Source: Eledone cirrhosa (taxonomy: Eukaryota). From it: DNA of 64,000 nt. This document shows positions 1 through 12,600 of this stretch, in pieces (position 1 is the stretch's first letter; every line of letters starts with the position of its first letter). The stretch is taken from the NCBI GenBank assembly GCA_964016885.1, contig OZ024752.1, forward strand, positions 44,640,001-44,704,000. Direction: 5' to 3'. The position numbers and the translations under genes were made by a program. Below the pieces are notes generated by a model. The model did not search any database and was not told where the DNA came from. It saw only the letters and a list, made by a program, of their open reading frames with translations.

Positions 1-243
1 CTCCTGTAATCCCGCTATACTTCTCAACCTTAGATTACACTGTGTACACCTTATGGAATGGAACTTCTCTGTCTATCACTGTAACACGGACTAAACAACG
101 CCACTTCCCTCATCTGTCAACTTCCTGTCCTCTCTCACATCTATTTCTTCATTTACTTCTCTGTTGTTTTCATCTGATTTTGTTATCTTATTTAGTTCTA
201 ACATATTTTAACATTTCCATTTGTTTTTCATGATTACTTTCAG

Positions 244-2682
244 AGAACTAGTAATTTAATGAACATACATCAAAGGATGCAACATTTTTATGAGGTAAGT
301 ATATAGTTTCTATATCCCTTCCTGGTCGTCACTTGCAACGTTCAGCAAAAGCAGTCAAATTTCCTGAATGTATAAACAAGAATAAATATGAATTACTATA
401 GTCAGTTATAACAAACCTTTCAAGTTTTTAACTTACTTGATTTGTTGAGTTGACAACCTCTCTAGTATTAGTACACTCTGTCAAATGGTTGTGCTGGTTC
501 CACAATAAAATGCACCCAGTAAAGTGGTAATGCTGTTTTGTGCAGTACTGATTGTCCAAATGATTTGTTTGGATTGGGTAATTGTGAGGAAACTGTTCCC
601 AAGACAAACCATGACAGGAATGATGGAATATAAGCTGGTTTGTTGACTCCTTAACAACATGGTCAGCTGAGATACTTATGTATATCTGCGTGTATATCAT
701 CATTATTATCATCACACCGTTTAACGTCCATTTTTCCACACCAATATGGGTTAGACGAGTTGTCCCATTATGAGACAAGCCAAATCAGATGACCGTGTCT
801 TGTTGGAATCTAAATTTAAATTTGTGAAACCTAAATATGCAATTTCTGTCCACCAGGATAGCAATGAAGACAAAGAAAGCCAGACACATTCTGAAAAAGA
901 GTCTGAATTAATTGAACAGAGAGAAGACATGTGAGTATCATTTCAAGACAGTTTAAAACAACTCTGGGTCTCAGTTGATTATATTATAACCAGACATGAT
1001 TAAAGTGAATCTGTTTATATCACTATCATTCTCTATTTTGGCTTAATGTTATTTTAACCCTTTAGCATTTAAACCGGATGAATCCGGCCAGAATTCTCTC
1101 ACCTCTTTCTGTTCAAACTGGTTGTAACCAGCTGCTCATACTTAAGTTAAGGTATTGTTCGCAAAATACATAATATAAAAATCTCATAGATTCAGTGTTA
1201 TGTGAGATATTATGTGAGGTAAAGCCTTTACTTTGAAAATACAATAGTATATATAGAGTAATGTAAATGTTATGTGAGATATTATGTGAGGTAAAGCCTT
1301 TACTTTGAAAATACAATAGTATATATAGAGTAATGTAAATGTTAAAGGGTTAAGGACGATGGCTACAGTTTATACAGTTTGAAAATAGTAATTTCCTTTA
1401 TATTATTTCTGTATCTTTTCAGATCATCTCTTGACAGTGACTCAAGTGAAAAGTCAGACAATAATGAATGTAGTCACGACTCCGACAGTTATTCTTCAGA
1501 GAAGGGAGAATCCTATTCCGATGTGGACAGTAACCACGAGAACGAGTCACTTACTGCAACACATAGGGTCTTCCCCAGAGAGAAACGTGTAAAACTATAC
1601 TCTGAAGGAATTGTCAGTCTTTTCAAGACATCTGATGGACCCCTTCAAATCAATAATATATTGCCAGATCCCTATGATATTCTTGTTGAAAATTCCACCC
1701 AAACTGATCTGATCGACTCCGTTGATCAGAACAATCTTCTAAGACCAGTTAAGTCATTTTCATCATCAAATCTCTCTAGTGTTGATGATTTACTGCACCC
1801 AGTACACTCAGTAAAGTGGTTAGTGGTAAGAAGGGCATCCAGCTGTAGAAAATATTCCAAACAAAGAGTCAGGAGGATTCTTCAGCTGTGTCAAAGACAT
1901 CAGACAACCAACTTAGTGCTGTTGCCATAGTAAAATGCACTCATGAAATTAAGTGTCTTGCTTAAGGGCACAATGTATCACCCAGTTTGAGAATCAAACT
2001 CACAACCTACCAATTGCAAGCCCCAACACTATAACCACTAAGCCATGTGCCTTCACTTTTTGTGTTATATATATATATGGTGGCTGCCAACTCGTTTTCG
2101 AGTACGGCCACTACTTTGTATCCATGTAGGAGAACCCCTACCGATGTGCTGAACGAGTGTGACTTTTTAGTCCAGCCAGCAACTTGAAAACTCTGGTACA
2201 AACACTACACTTGTGACAATTATTGACACATAGTGCTGGGCCCCTGGTACCATGTGACGACAAGTGCAGAGAGATCTCCAGATATAAAGCAATGCCTGTG
2301 CCGTGAAGCTTTTATAGTGAGCAAAGGCACTGCACAAAGCCAGTCCCACTCTCTTAACCAAGATGATATTTACCAAAAAGAAGAAAAAGTCAACATCATT
2401 GGATACCATCAGGGTTGCAGGTGTAATATCAGAGTTTTCCTTCTCCTAGAATTCTGCCTTGACAAAGGCTAAGGGGTCATCTCTCCCGGTGATTTTGGAT
2501 GGCCATTGACTCTTAAGAGCTCCTTTGCCCTTTGACGGGTTTTGTTTTTAGTCCTGCAGGATGTCCAAAGTCACCCTCCTCACCAAGAAACCTTGGTGGG
2601 GTTGCCAGTTTAGTGCCAACGACCCGACCATGAGACAGGTTGTACTGGGATACATGTTACCAGTAGCACCAACTGGTGACCT

Positions 2683-2713
<31 letters not shown>

Positions 2714-3041
2714 TTCATCTCATTTCATTTTACATCCGCTTTTCCCTGCTTGCAAGGGTGGGACGGGAACTGATTCTGGCTTGATTTCTACAGCTGGATG
2801 CTCTTCCTAACACCAACCTCATTTACAGTGAGCGCTGGGTGCTTTTTTGCCGTGGCACCTGCATGACCACTTTGCAGTGGAATGATATGGACCCCAGTCC
2901 CTATCATCTCATTTCTACAGGTGAGTAAACTGGAGCAATGTGAAATAAAGTGTCTTGCTCAAGGAAACAACACATCACCCAGTCTGAGAATTGAACTCAC
3001 AACCTTTTGATTGCAAAGCCAATGCTCTAACCACTAAGCCA

Positions 3042-3074
<33 letters not shown>

Positions 3075-5938
3075 ATATATATATTTATATATATATTAAA
3101 ATAACAGATTAAAGTTTAAGCAAAGAATCGCTGCTTTCACCCTTAACGGGATCTTCTGAAACTAACAAAGTCAATCTGTAAACGCAGAAGTGAATATTTC
3201 AAAAAACGTTGCAACCAGAGGAAGACAGGAAGACGATACTTTGGTTTGTGGAAACGTTCCCTGGCAAAGAACGGGAAAAAACAAATGTAATACGTCATTA
3301 TTTGGAACGGTGAAAAACAATTACACGCAAAGACAGAACCACGTTTATGGTATAAAAGAAGTCGTAGACTAATATTCTCTTAGGTGGTTCATAGAGACGT
3401 TCTCTGGCAATGAACGGAAAAAACGAAGATAATACGTCATATGTGGAGCGTGGAGAACAATTGCACGCAAAGACAAAACCACGTACATGGTATAACTGAT
3501 GTCGTAGACTAAAATTCTAACTAGGAAACCGAATGATTCTCCGCTTCAGAGTTAAGAATAAAGTAAATAAAATATATATATATATATAATAATAATAAAT
3601 GTGAAGACTAAAATCCCGTTAAGGGTGAAAGCAGCGATTCTTTGATTAAACTTTAATCTGTTATCTTAATATATATATATATATATATATTATTTATATA
3701 ATAGTTATAATCTATTTTGTTTGCTTTATTAAAGGTTAACACTGAGATAACATCTGGTTCTGTCACTAAATATAAAATTGTGGTAAAAACTGGGAATGAA
3801 TTGGGAGCTAGCACTAGAGCTGAAGTGAAATTGTGGCTTTATGGAGAACTTGGACGAACCCAACCTATAAATCTGATTGAATCAAAGACAAATAAAATAA
3901 AATTTCAAAAAGGAAAGGTAAATATCTTTTCTTTTAATTAATATTAAAAAATATTTATCAGTCATATTGATCAGTGATATTGATCAGTCATATTGATTAG
4001 TCATATTGATTAGTCATATTGATCAGTCATATTGATCAGTCATATTGATTATTTATATTATTAGAGTTGTTGACATTCTGAAAATATTTAGAATATTATA
4101 TTTTATATTTTAAGAAGTATTTGTCTGGTAAGGTGAGTCAGTACAAGGTGATGAGTCTCTGTAGACTTTGGTAGTTTCAAACCCTACCAACGATATATGT
4201 GTGTATGTATTTATGTGTGTATGTCTTTGTATATATGTGTGTGTGTGTGTTTGTGTATATATATGTGTGAGTATATATATGTGTCTGTGTATATATGTGT
4301 GTGTGTATATACATATGTGTGTGTATATATATGTGTCATCATCATCATCTTCGTTTAACGTCCATTTTCCACGCTAGCATGGGTTGTGTGTGTATATATA
4401 TGTTTATATATATATATGTGTGTGTTTGTATATATATGTATGTGTGTGTATATATATGTGTGTAAATATATATGTGTATATATATATGTGTTTGTATATA
4501 TGTGGGTGTTTGTATATATATGTATGTGTTCATATATATGTATGTGTGTGTATGTATATACATGTGTGTGTGTATATATATGTGTGTGTCTGTGTGTGTG
4601 TGTCTGTGTGTGTGTATTTGTGTGTGTGTATATGTGTGTGTGTATTTGTGTGTGTGTGTATATATGTTTTGTATATATATTTTTTAAATCTTTTTTCTTT
4701 CAGGAAGACCATTTTTTTGTGGAGGTATTTTCTGTCGGTAATTTAGAAAAGATTCATATTGGCCATGATAGGCCAGAGTTACGTAAGTTGGTTTATAGTG
4801 TAAGGGGCTTATCTTTGATGGAATCACCACCACCACCACCACAGCCACCACCACAACCACAGCCACCACCACCACCACCACAGCCACAACAACCATCATC
4901 ACCACCACCACCACCCACCACCATCACACCACCCACCACCACCACCATCACACCACCCACCACCACCACCATCACACCACCACACCACCCACCACCCACT
5001 ACCACCACCACCATCACACCACCCACCACCACCATCACACCACCCACCACCACCATCACACCACCACCCACCATCACACCACCCACCATCACCATCACCA
5101 CTGGTAAATAGACATAAAATGATGACAATGATGATGATATTTGCTTTTGTTTTCCAATCTTTAAACCTGAAAGAGATGTCTTGTGTATCTTCTATCTGTA
5201 TTTAGCCTATGCCTGGTTCTTAGAGCAAGTAACTATACATGATCTTGAAGAGATGTGGACGTATCAGTTTCCTTGTGATCAATGGTTCTCTGGACAAGGT
5301 GGAGACAGGAAGACTTACCGACATATTTTACTTGGCCACCATTCTGCTACTAGTGAAGGTAAGATTTACTGCTGCCTTTCTTTTAAAACTCTTATGAAGT
5401 AGTTATTTGTTTGATCTTCACATCAGTGGTTACCAAATTTCTAATGAAAGACACTGTCTATGTCATTAACCCTGTCATTACCATATTTCTAATGAAAGAC
5501 ACTGTCTATGTCATTAACCCTGTCATTACCTTATTTCTAATGAAAGACACTGTCTATATTATTTATTTACAGATATCAATAATGTTCCAATTGATCCCTT
5601 AATTCAATTATTATCAGAAACCAAACAAGCTTCTTATAAAAACACTATAAACAATGAAGACATTTCTGATTCCAATTACATCACAGCTTTATATGATAAA
5701 CTTTACATTAGTAAATCTTCTGATTTGGAGAGCAGCCAGGGTAAGTGTGATATTTCATTGATAAAATATTATCCAGACTGGAACTATAAACTCAGTTGGT
5801 CTTGGGGACCCAGTTGGTTCATTTGGAGATGGTTGCCTCCGATAGAACTTTCTGGAAGGTGGGTCTCAGCATTCTGCCTCCTAGACCCTCACAAGAATAA
5901 ATGGATTAAGGATTGGTATGGTATATATCCCAAGATTA

Positions 5939-6025
<87 letters not shown>

Positions 6026-6585
6026 ATACAAACTGGGAAATTCATGCTTTGATAAAATTATGGTTTGCATAAGAGGAATCCTATAGTTTGTGTTGATTAT
6101 TGACACATAGAAGTGATTAAAGATAAGTACATTTTAGTAACTTATTTCTATAATATAACCCATGCTAGCGTGGAAGATGGACGTTAAACGAAGATGATGA
6201 ATTACATAATTGTTCAGCATGTGCCGAGAATAAGTGACATAGTCACTACTTTAAAACTCATAGCAAATGGGAAAGGTCTTCAAAATGTTTTTAATTAAAC
6301 ATACAGTATATTGCCAAACATACATACATATATATATATATATACATATATATGTATATACATTTTATTTAGGCTAAAAAGTGTGTCTTGTTACTCTGGA
6401 GTTTCGCCTGTTTATGACAGTCATCAGATAAGAACTGTTCTTACCTGATGACCCTGTAATAAACAGGTGAAACTCCAGAGTAACAAGGCAGAGACTTACT
6501 TTTTAGCCTTAATATAATGAATATTAAAACTCTGCTTTGGTATTGAGTACTCCTTTCTCTCAGCCGTCAATCACATACAAATATA

Positions 6586-6618
<33 letters not shown>

Positions 6619-7111
6619 TTGAACACAACTTTGATAATTGTATAATTTATTTATTTAACTGCTCTGTAAAACAACTGATGTTCATACATTGAACTATTTC
6701 TCTTACTGGTAATAAGGTAATTAAGAAATTACTGACCTTCCTGTTTATACTATATACATAACTATAAATAGTATTATTATTATATACATATATATATTTA
6801 TATATATACACACACACAAACAGACATGGCATATTATTTGAGTTAATACTGACTGAATATTTACTTTTGTTTCTTCCATTTCAACTTCAGAATCAAGTGA
6901 AAGCATTGAATCAGAGAGTGAAAAGAAAGTGATTTCTGTCCAGAACTACATAGCAGCGGAGACCCAGACTGAGAATCTACAGGCTCAGTCTGATATAACG
7001 AGTGACAATCCTGATCCTGAAACATCGGAATCAGAATCTACAGATAACAGCGACATGTCTAATATTTCTAGACAATGCAGTAGTGAAACTTCCAGCAAGA
7101 CTATAAATTGA
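244..7111 (+). CDS. 3' portion of a PLAT/LH2-domain protein (LOXHD1-like PLAT repeat flanked by Ser/Glu/Asp-rich low-complexity regions); 5' end lies outside the window
   Basis: Phase-consistent GT-AG exons: 244-294, 857-930, 1423-(1810 or 1825, donor uncertain), 3735-3917, 4704-4782, 5206-5358, 5573-5740, 6891-7111 (TGA). Exons 3735-5358 give YKIVVKTGNELGASTRAEVKLWLYGELGRT...FQKGKEDHF...GNLEKIHIGHD...AWFLEQVTI...YQFPCDQWFS, a typical PLAT domain. AATAAA at 7801. Confidence 0.8.
1058..1349. mobile_element. piggyBac-like MITE
   Basis: TIRs CCCTTTAGCATTTA / TAAATGTTAAAGGG flanked by TTAA on both sides (1054-1057, 1350-1353); internal tandem duplication. Confidence 0.8.
2290..2686 (-). mobile_element. 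5' end of an RTE-like element
   Basis: Shares tgtcaggtcac...gctactggtaacatgta.cccagtacaacctgt with 28490-28540; abuts (TA)n. Confidence 0.6.
2713..3042 (-). mobile_element. Near full-length tRNA-derived SINE with RTE-derived 3' tail
   Basis: Minus strand: A box tggcttagtggtt, B box gagttcaattc, central ccttgagcaagacactttatttcacattgctccag, then the RTE 3'UTR-like tail; near-identical to 47348-47690. Confidence 0.85.
3096..3670. mobile_element. (TA)n-inserted element with ~55-bp terminal inverted repeats and an internal ~150-bp tandem duplication
   Basis: 3096-3150 is the reverse complement of 3614-3670; 3245-3380 resembles 3395-3520; the same arm recurs at 62736-62785. Confidence 0.65.
3958..4052. 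repeat. 13-bp tandem repeat (gtcatattgat(c/t)a) x7
   Basis: Direct inspection. Confidence 0.9.
4195..5100. repeat. Compound TG/TA microsatellite (4195-4680) and (CAC)n-rich tract (4825-5100) flanking PLAT exon 4704-4782
   Basis: Direct inspection. Confidence 0.9.
5437..5560. repeat. 48-bp tandem repeat x2.5
   Basis: atttctaatgaaagacactgtctat at 5437, 5485 and 5533. Confidence 0.9.
6368..6570. mobile_element. Fold-back Penelope-pLTR-like element with two inverted degenerate hammerheads
   Basis: TCATCAG at 6421-6427 and CTGATGA at 6445-6451, each followed by a stem and GAAACTCCAGAGTA; (TA)n flanks. Confidence 0.65.
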
Positions 7112-8552
7112 ACATTATCTCAATAAGTGTTTCAGATTGTTGTAAACAATTCTCAATGAAAACTAACATGAGTTGTAGTGCAACTGAGTTTTGTAGACAA
7201 TAATTTCATTATTATTATTATACGTTTGGAAATTAATATAAAGCAGCCAGACCAGAGGATATATATGTCCATTTAATTAGTAATATATGCAAACTAATTT
7301 TGAATTTATGTCTTAAAAGAATCCTAGAAACTTTTTTATGGAGGTAATCACTATAATCTACATTAGAAATCATGATTGACTTAAAGAAAATTTGATTCTG
7401 ATCGAAAATGAAAAATTTATAGTTACTTTTTTAAAATATTTTGTTTTATTTTTAAAAAATATTTCTCAAGCAAATTGTAGACAAGTTATCAGCTTATTAA
7501 TAGGAAACATCTTACATTTTATTCAATATTGGTATTTATATAATATATAACTAAAATATAGAAATGGTAGTCAATTGAAATGACACTGTATGGCTTTTTT
7601 ACTAAATACTGTACTTTATTTTTAGTAACTACGGTAAAGTAGTTGGTTCTTTCCTCAGAGAAAAACTATTTAATTTATAGGAGTTTGAGACATAAACTTT
7701 GTGACTTTAATGCAACAATTTATTGCTATAACATTTCAGGTTTGTAAGTTATTTCTCAGGGTCTTATTAACATATAACTTTGTATGATGTAAGTTTTTGA
7801 AATAAAAATAATTGTTCTGTGAAAGATTTGATGGTTATTTTGATTGCATTAAATGTTTCTAATATATTTTAAGGAAACGATTGTACGTACATGTACACAC
7901 ACGTACATACACGTACACACGAACACACATACACACACACACGAACACATACAGACACAATCATCGTCATTTTAACATCTATTATTTCATGCTGGTGTGG
8001 GTTGGACAGATATACAGTAAAGTATCACCTGCTTTATATCTCATCTGATGTCATCAGTCTTCTTCTGCCAGAGATATTCTTCATTAACACAGCGCTTCTT
8101 TGGTGAGAGAATTTGAGAATTGTGCTCTACTTCTCCATAATTGATAAGTATTTTGTTATTTGAGAGTCCTGGGATAAAATGTGGCCATAGGAATGAAGGA
8201 AACAACCAAACAACACTCATGTTTATCTTCACTTATTAGATGAAGAGCTTTTCACATGTCCTTCAAAGACACAATAGGTTTGTAGTTTAAGTATTTGAAA
8301 CATTACAAGTTGTTAGAAGGAAACATATTGACGATATTTACAGATATACATATGATAAAATAAGGCAGAAAACAAGGAAGCCTCTACACAGATGTTCCAT
8401 TTATTAGAAATAGCAGCCCAATTTGCCTCATATCGCACCCTGTTGTCATAAAAGGGAACAAATTAGATTGTGTGGTTTCAAGTGGCCAGAGTAAAAATAA
8501 TAAATAAAAAAAGACAGGATAGTCAAGGCCTGAACACAAAGTTTGCTCAATA

Positions 8553-8905
8553 AGGGCTGACCTGGGCCTAGGTAGGTCTAACTCAGGATTGCCTGACTGG
8601 GACCTAGCTAGGTCTCAGCCAGGGCTGACATGGGCCTAGGTAGGTCTAACTCAGGGTTGACTGGGACCTAGCTAGGTCTCAGCCAGGGTTGACTAGGACC
8701 TAGCTAGGTCTCAGCCAGGGCTGACCTGGGCCTAGATAGGTCTAACTCAGGGCTGACTGGAACCTAGATAGGTCTAACTCAGGGTTGACTGGAACCTAGA
8801 TAGGTCTAACTCAGGGTTGACTAGGACCTAGCTAGGTCTAACTCAGGGCTGACCTGGGCCTAGTTAGGTCTCTCAGGGTTGACCTGGGCCTAGCTAGGTC
8901 TAACT
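8553..8905. repeat. ~30-bp minisatellite (cagggctgacctgggcctagctaggtctaact)
   Basis: About 11 variable units with an internal palindrome gacctagctaggtc. Confidence 0.9.
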
Positions 8906-9665
8906 TAGTATTATTTTCTCGTTTATCAATAAAGAGAATTGATCCTGATCAATTATTTGTTCTAGAATGTTTAAAGATAATAATAATAAATTTAGTTTTC
9001 TCCTAAAACAAGTAAAGCCCCTGCAGAGAGTGGTACTTGTTTTATCGACCTCACAATGATAAAGTTGAAGTTAACACTCCCCACTCAATCCCGTGGGGGT
9101 GGGGGCTACACTAAAGGGACTTAAGTAAACACACACTATTATTAACACGTCTGTCTAACGATTCTGCCAAACCATCAAAACAACCAATAATAATAATAAT
9201 AATAATAATAATACACAAAACCAGAAATTCACGGGCTAGGGATCATATCGATTATATTGATTCTAATACTTTCTTTCATTTTAACAACGACTATTTTGAG
9301 AGTAATTGAGAAAGATAGTTGAAAATCTCTTTGTAAGGGAGTTAACTATTTGAAGGATGGGAGCGACCCATAAAATTTTGTTTTACGTAAGCGACATATC
9401 ATTACTATTTCCTCCAGTGCAACTACACAACAATATCACTTTAACTTAATAGTTTTTATCAAAATACATAAACGTGTATAATTCTAGGACAGTGTATATA
9501 CAAGAGACATCACATATATTATATATTATTATATATCAAATGATAACACAAACATACGCTGTGTTTTTATTAATGTACACCAACATAATTACAACAAAAA
9601 TGTAGAGACTGGCGACCAATATGAAAAGAGGTGTGTAGAAAAGGTTTTGGTGTATTTAGAGTGTG

Positions 9666-12600
9666 ATGGAAGACAGGGAATTAGTGCATAAAAATTCAAA
9701 TGAAGACGATCAGGACGATGACTACATTTGTTGGTTAGATAGAGAACCTATAGCAACGTTAACGACAACATCAACTACATCGCCATCACAACAAACAACA
9801 TCAATAAAACCAGATGTAAGTTGTAGTAAAACCAGTTTAAAAACACCAATTCCCAGCTTCGAAACTAATTTTGAAGACATTTCTGTCACGTCTAATGATT
9901 GTCAATTGTCATCTAACTATGATTCAAATTGCAAGACGTTTGATCTCCGACAATCTGAATCCGGAAGATTCCGAGGTGCATTGTGTCGCGTTTTAGGCGA
10001 AAGTTATTCCAGTTTTTCCGAAAGCGACTCAGTTAGTGTCACCTCGTCGCTAGTAACATCATCATCATCACGTGTCTCTCCTAAAAGAATGGCTAAAAGT
10101 GATTCATTCTGTGACTGCTATGCTCTTGGTCAAGAAAAGGATTGCATGTGTGGAGAAGAGGACTCCTGTAAGTATACCTTAGTAATATCTCTCAGTTTAA
10201 TCCAACTTATGGAATATTCTAGAATAACTATTGGAATTTGAAAAGTGACAAGAGTTCCATGTAAAATGTGTTGCTATTTCCATGTTTTCCGTCCTAAATA
10301 TGTAAGGGACGTAAATGGAAATTTTGAAAAGCTTTAAAATATTTAAAACATGAAACTAAATATTCAGTTTACACGAACCCAATTGTCTTTAATCTCTTTA
10401 AAAAAGAATCTATGTTTCAAAGAATGATCATTTATAAAAATAATAACTATTATTATTAATAAATATATTTCTATAGTTGTAATGAAAGTGGTTCTTATTC
10501 CCCTTACACCAGCGTCAGATATTTAACAGTTCATTGATAAAACAAGAGGAAACTTATGAAATAAATTATTACAAAGGTGTTTCTGATCATTTTTTTACAA
10601 GTTAATTAACGTTAAGGTGTAAATCACAGTCTTTTGTTGTTGTTTTTTTATTTTTTGAAATAACGTTATTAGAATTGGTTGAATCTTTGATGTTTCTAAG
10701 AAATAACATTTATTACGACCATCTCAGGAATATGTGGGCGAAGAAGAAGAGGAAGACTATTGTTTTATAGTTTCAGTAAAAATAAAATAAACATAAGGTC
10801 CCTTAGAAAACATTATGCCTAATACAAACCCCCTCACTTGTGAGATTACCCTCAAAGAACCATTAGTTCAGTAGTTGTAAGGTTACCCCCAAAGAACCAT
10901 TAGTTCAGTTGTGAGATTACCCGCAAAGAACCATTAGTTCAGTTGTGAACTATTGGTTCTTTGAGGAAATATAAATTATTGTTACATTGATTTACCTTTA
11001 CCATTTAAGTCAATGTATTCCACTCTAAAATAAAATGTATTGCTGTATACTAAATAGCTTATTACTTTATATTGAGTGTATAGGTATCATCTCCGACTGT
11101 TGGAGATTTTATAGATCCAACTTGTTTCTGTTGTATGTTCTACAGTTTTATATATTTTAGCTTTGTATATATGTGGTACCAGAGCTAAATAGTGTTAGTT
11201 GAAACATGCTTATTACTACTTGAAAATTATATGATATACCATTTGTGTTTGTATTCAGATTAATTATTATAGAAGTGTAATATGTAGATATTGTTATATT
11301 TGGGGAGAAGTTGTTATAATATTGCCAGAAATATATAATAAAACACACTCACAGTGAGTGTGTTTTACTATATACTTACCATATATTTCTGGCAATATTA
11401 TAACAATATGACTCTCACCAAATATAACAATATTTGTTTCAACACACGATTTCATATAAAAAACCTTGTAATATGTAGAAATTTGTGAGAAATAAAATTC
11501 TATGTAGACTGTTGTTTCTTATACATTGAAATAATGTTTTAATTTCAGTTTTTGACTGGGTTTGGGATGAAGATTCTAAATCTTCTGCTTGTCTTCTGAA
11601 GCAAGACCACCGAGAGGTGTTATTTCACATGGACTATAGCTGTGGTACAGCTGCAGTGCGAGGTACTACACCAATGAAAGACAATCAACATTACTGGGAA
11701 GTAAAGATGACTTCCACTGTTTATGGAACTGATATGGTAATTAACACATTCTAAAGAATTTTACAATGCTTGTGCTTGACAATGTTTATGTTTTTGTTAC
11801 AGCTTCGACTCCTGTTCATGTTTAAGCACCATGGTATGAGGTTGTAATGATAGGGACCCCAGTCTTATGTCACCATTTTTATCAGAGACATTAAGATTTG
11901 TTATAAATTCTAGCATTGAACACTGTCATGTCAGCTCCTCAAGATAGATAGTGTTTGGGGTTTTACTAGTAAATATGTACATAAAGATATTCTGTATCAA
12001 ATTCCTGGATGGATCTCATTTATATATATATATGAACACACACACAGAATAAATTCCAAACCTGGAAGCAGGGACTAGAGAGAAAGGGCCTCAAAGTCAA
12101 CATGACAAAGACTAAGGTCCTTATAAGTAGACGAGAAAACAGAACCCAGATCCCCTCAGGGAAATGGCCTTGCTCAGTATGTAGGAAAGGTGTAGGTAGG
12201 AACTCCATTCTTTGCCCCAAATGCAAACAATGGGTACACAAGAGATGTAGCGGGATCTCAGGAAGCTTAATTAAGAATGTAGGATTCACATGCAGCAGCT
12301 GTGCTGAAACAGCAAGCAAACAGCCACAGGAAACAAGTACCACCAATCTCTGGGAGGGCCCTGTAGAAACAGTAGACAGCTTCTGCTACCTAGGTGACCG
12401 AATTAGCAACGGAGGTGGGTGCTCAGAAAGTACAATAACTAGGGTAAGAACGGGATGGAAGAAGTTTAGGGAACTACTACCACTGCTAGCTGCAAAAGGC
12501 TTCTCCCTCAGAATGAAAGGCAGACTGTATGATGCGTGTATCCGAACAGCGATGTTGCATGGTAGTGAGACCTGGGCGCTGAAGGTGGAAGACCTACGTA

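Noticed and set aside
4168-5128. Poly-Pro/Thr and CV/YI-rich ORFs
   Set aside because: Microsatellite translations; only 4704-4782 is a real exon. The same applies to the many YIYI ORFs across the window.
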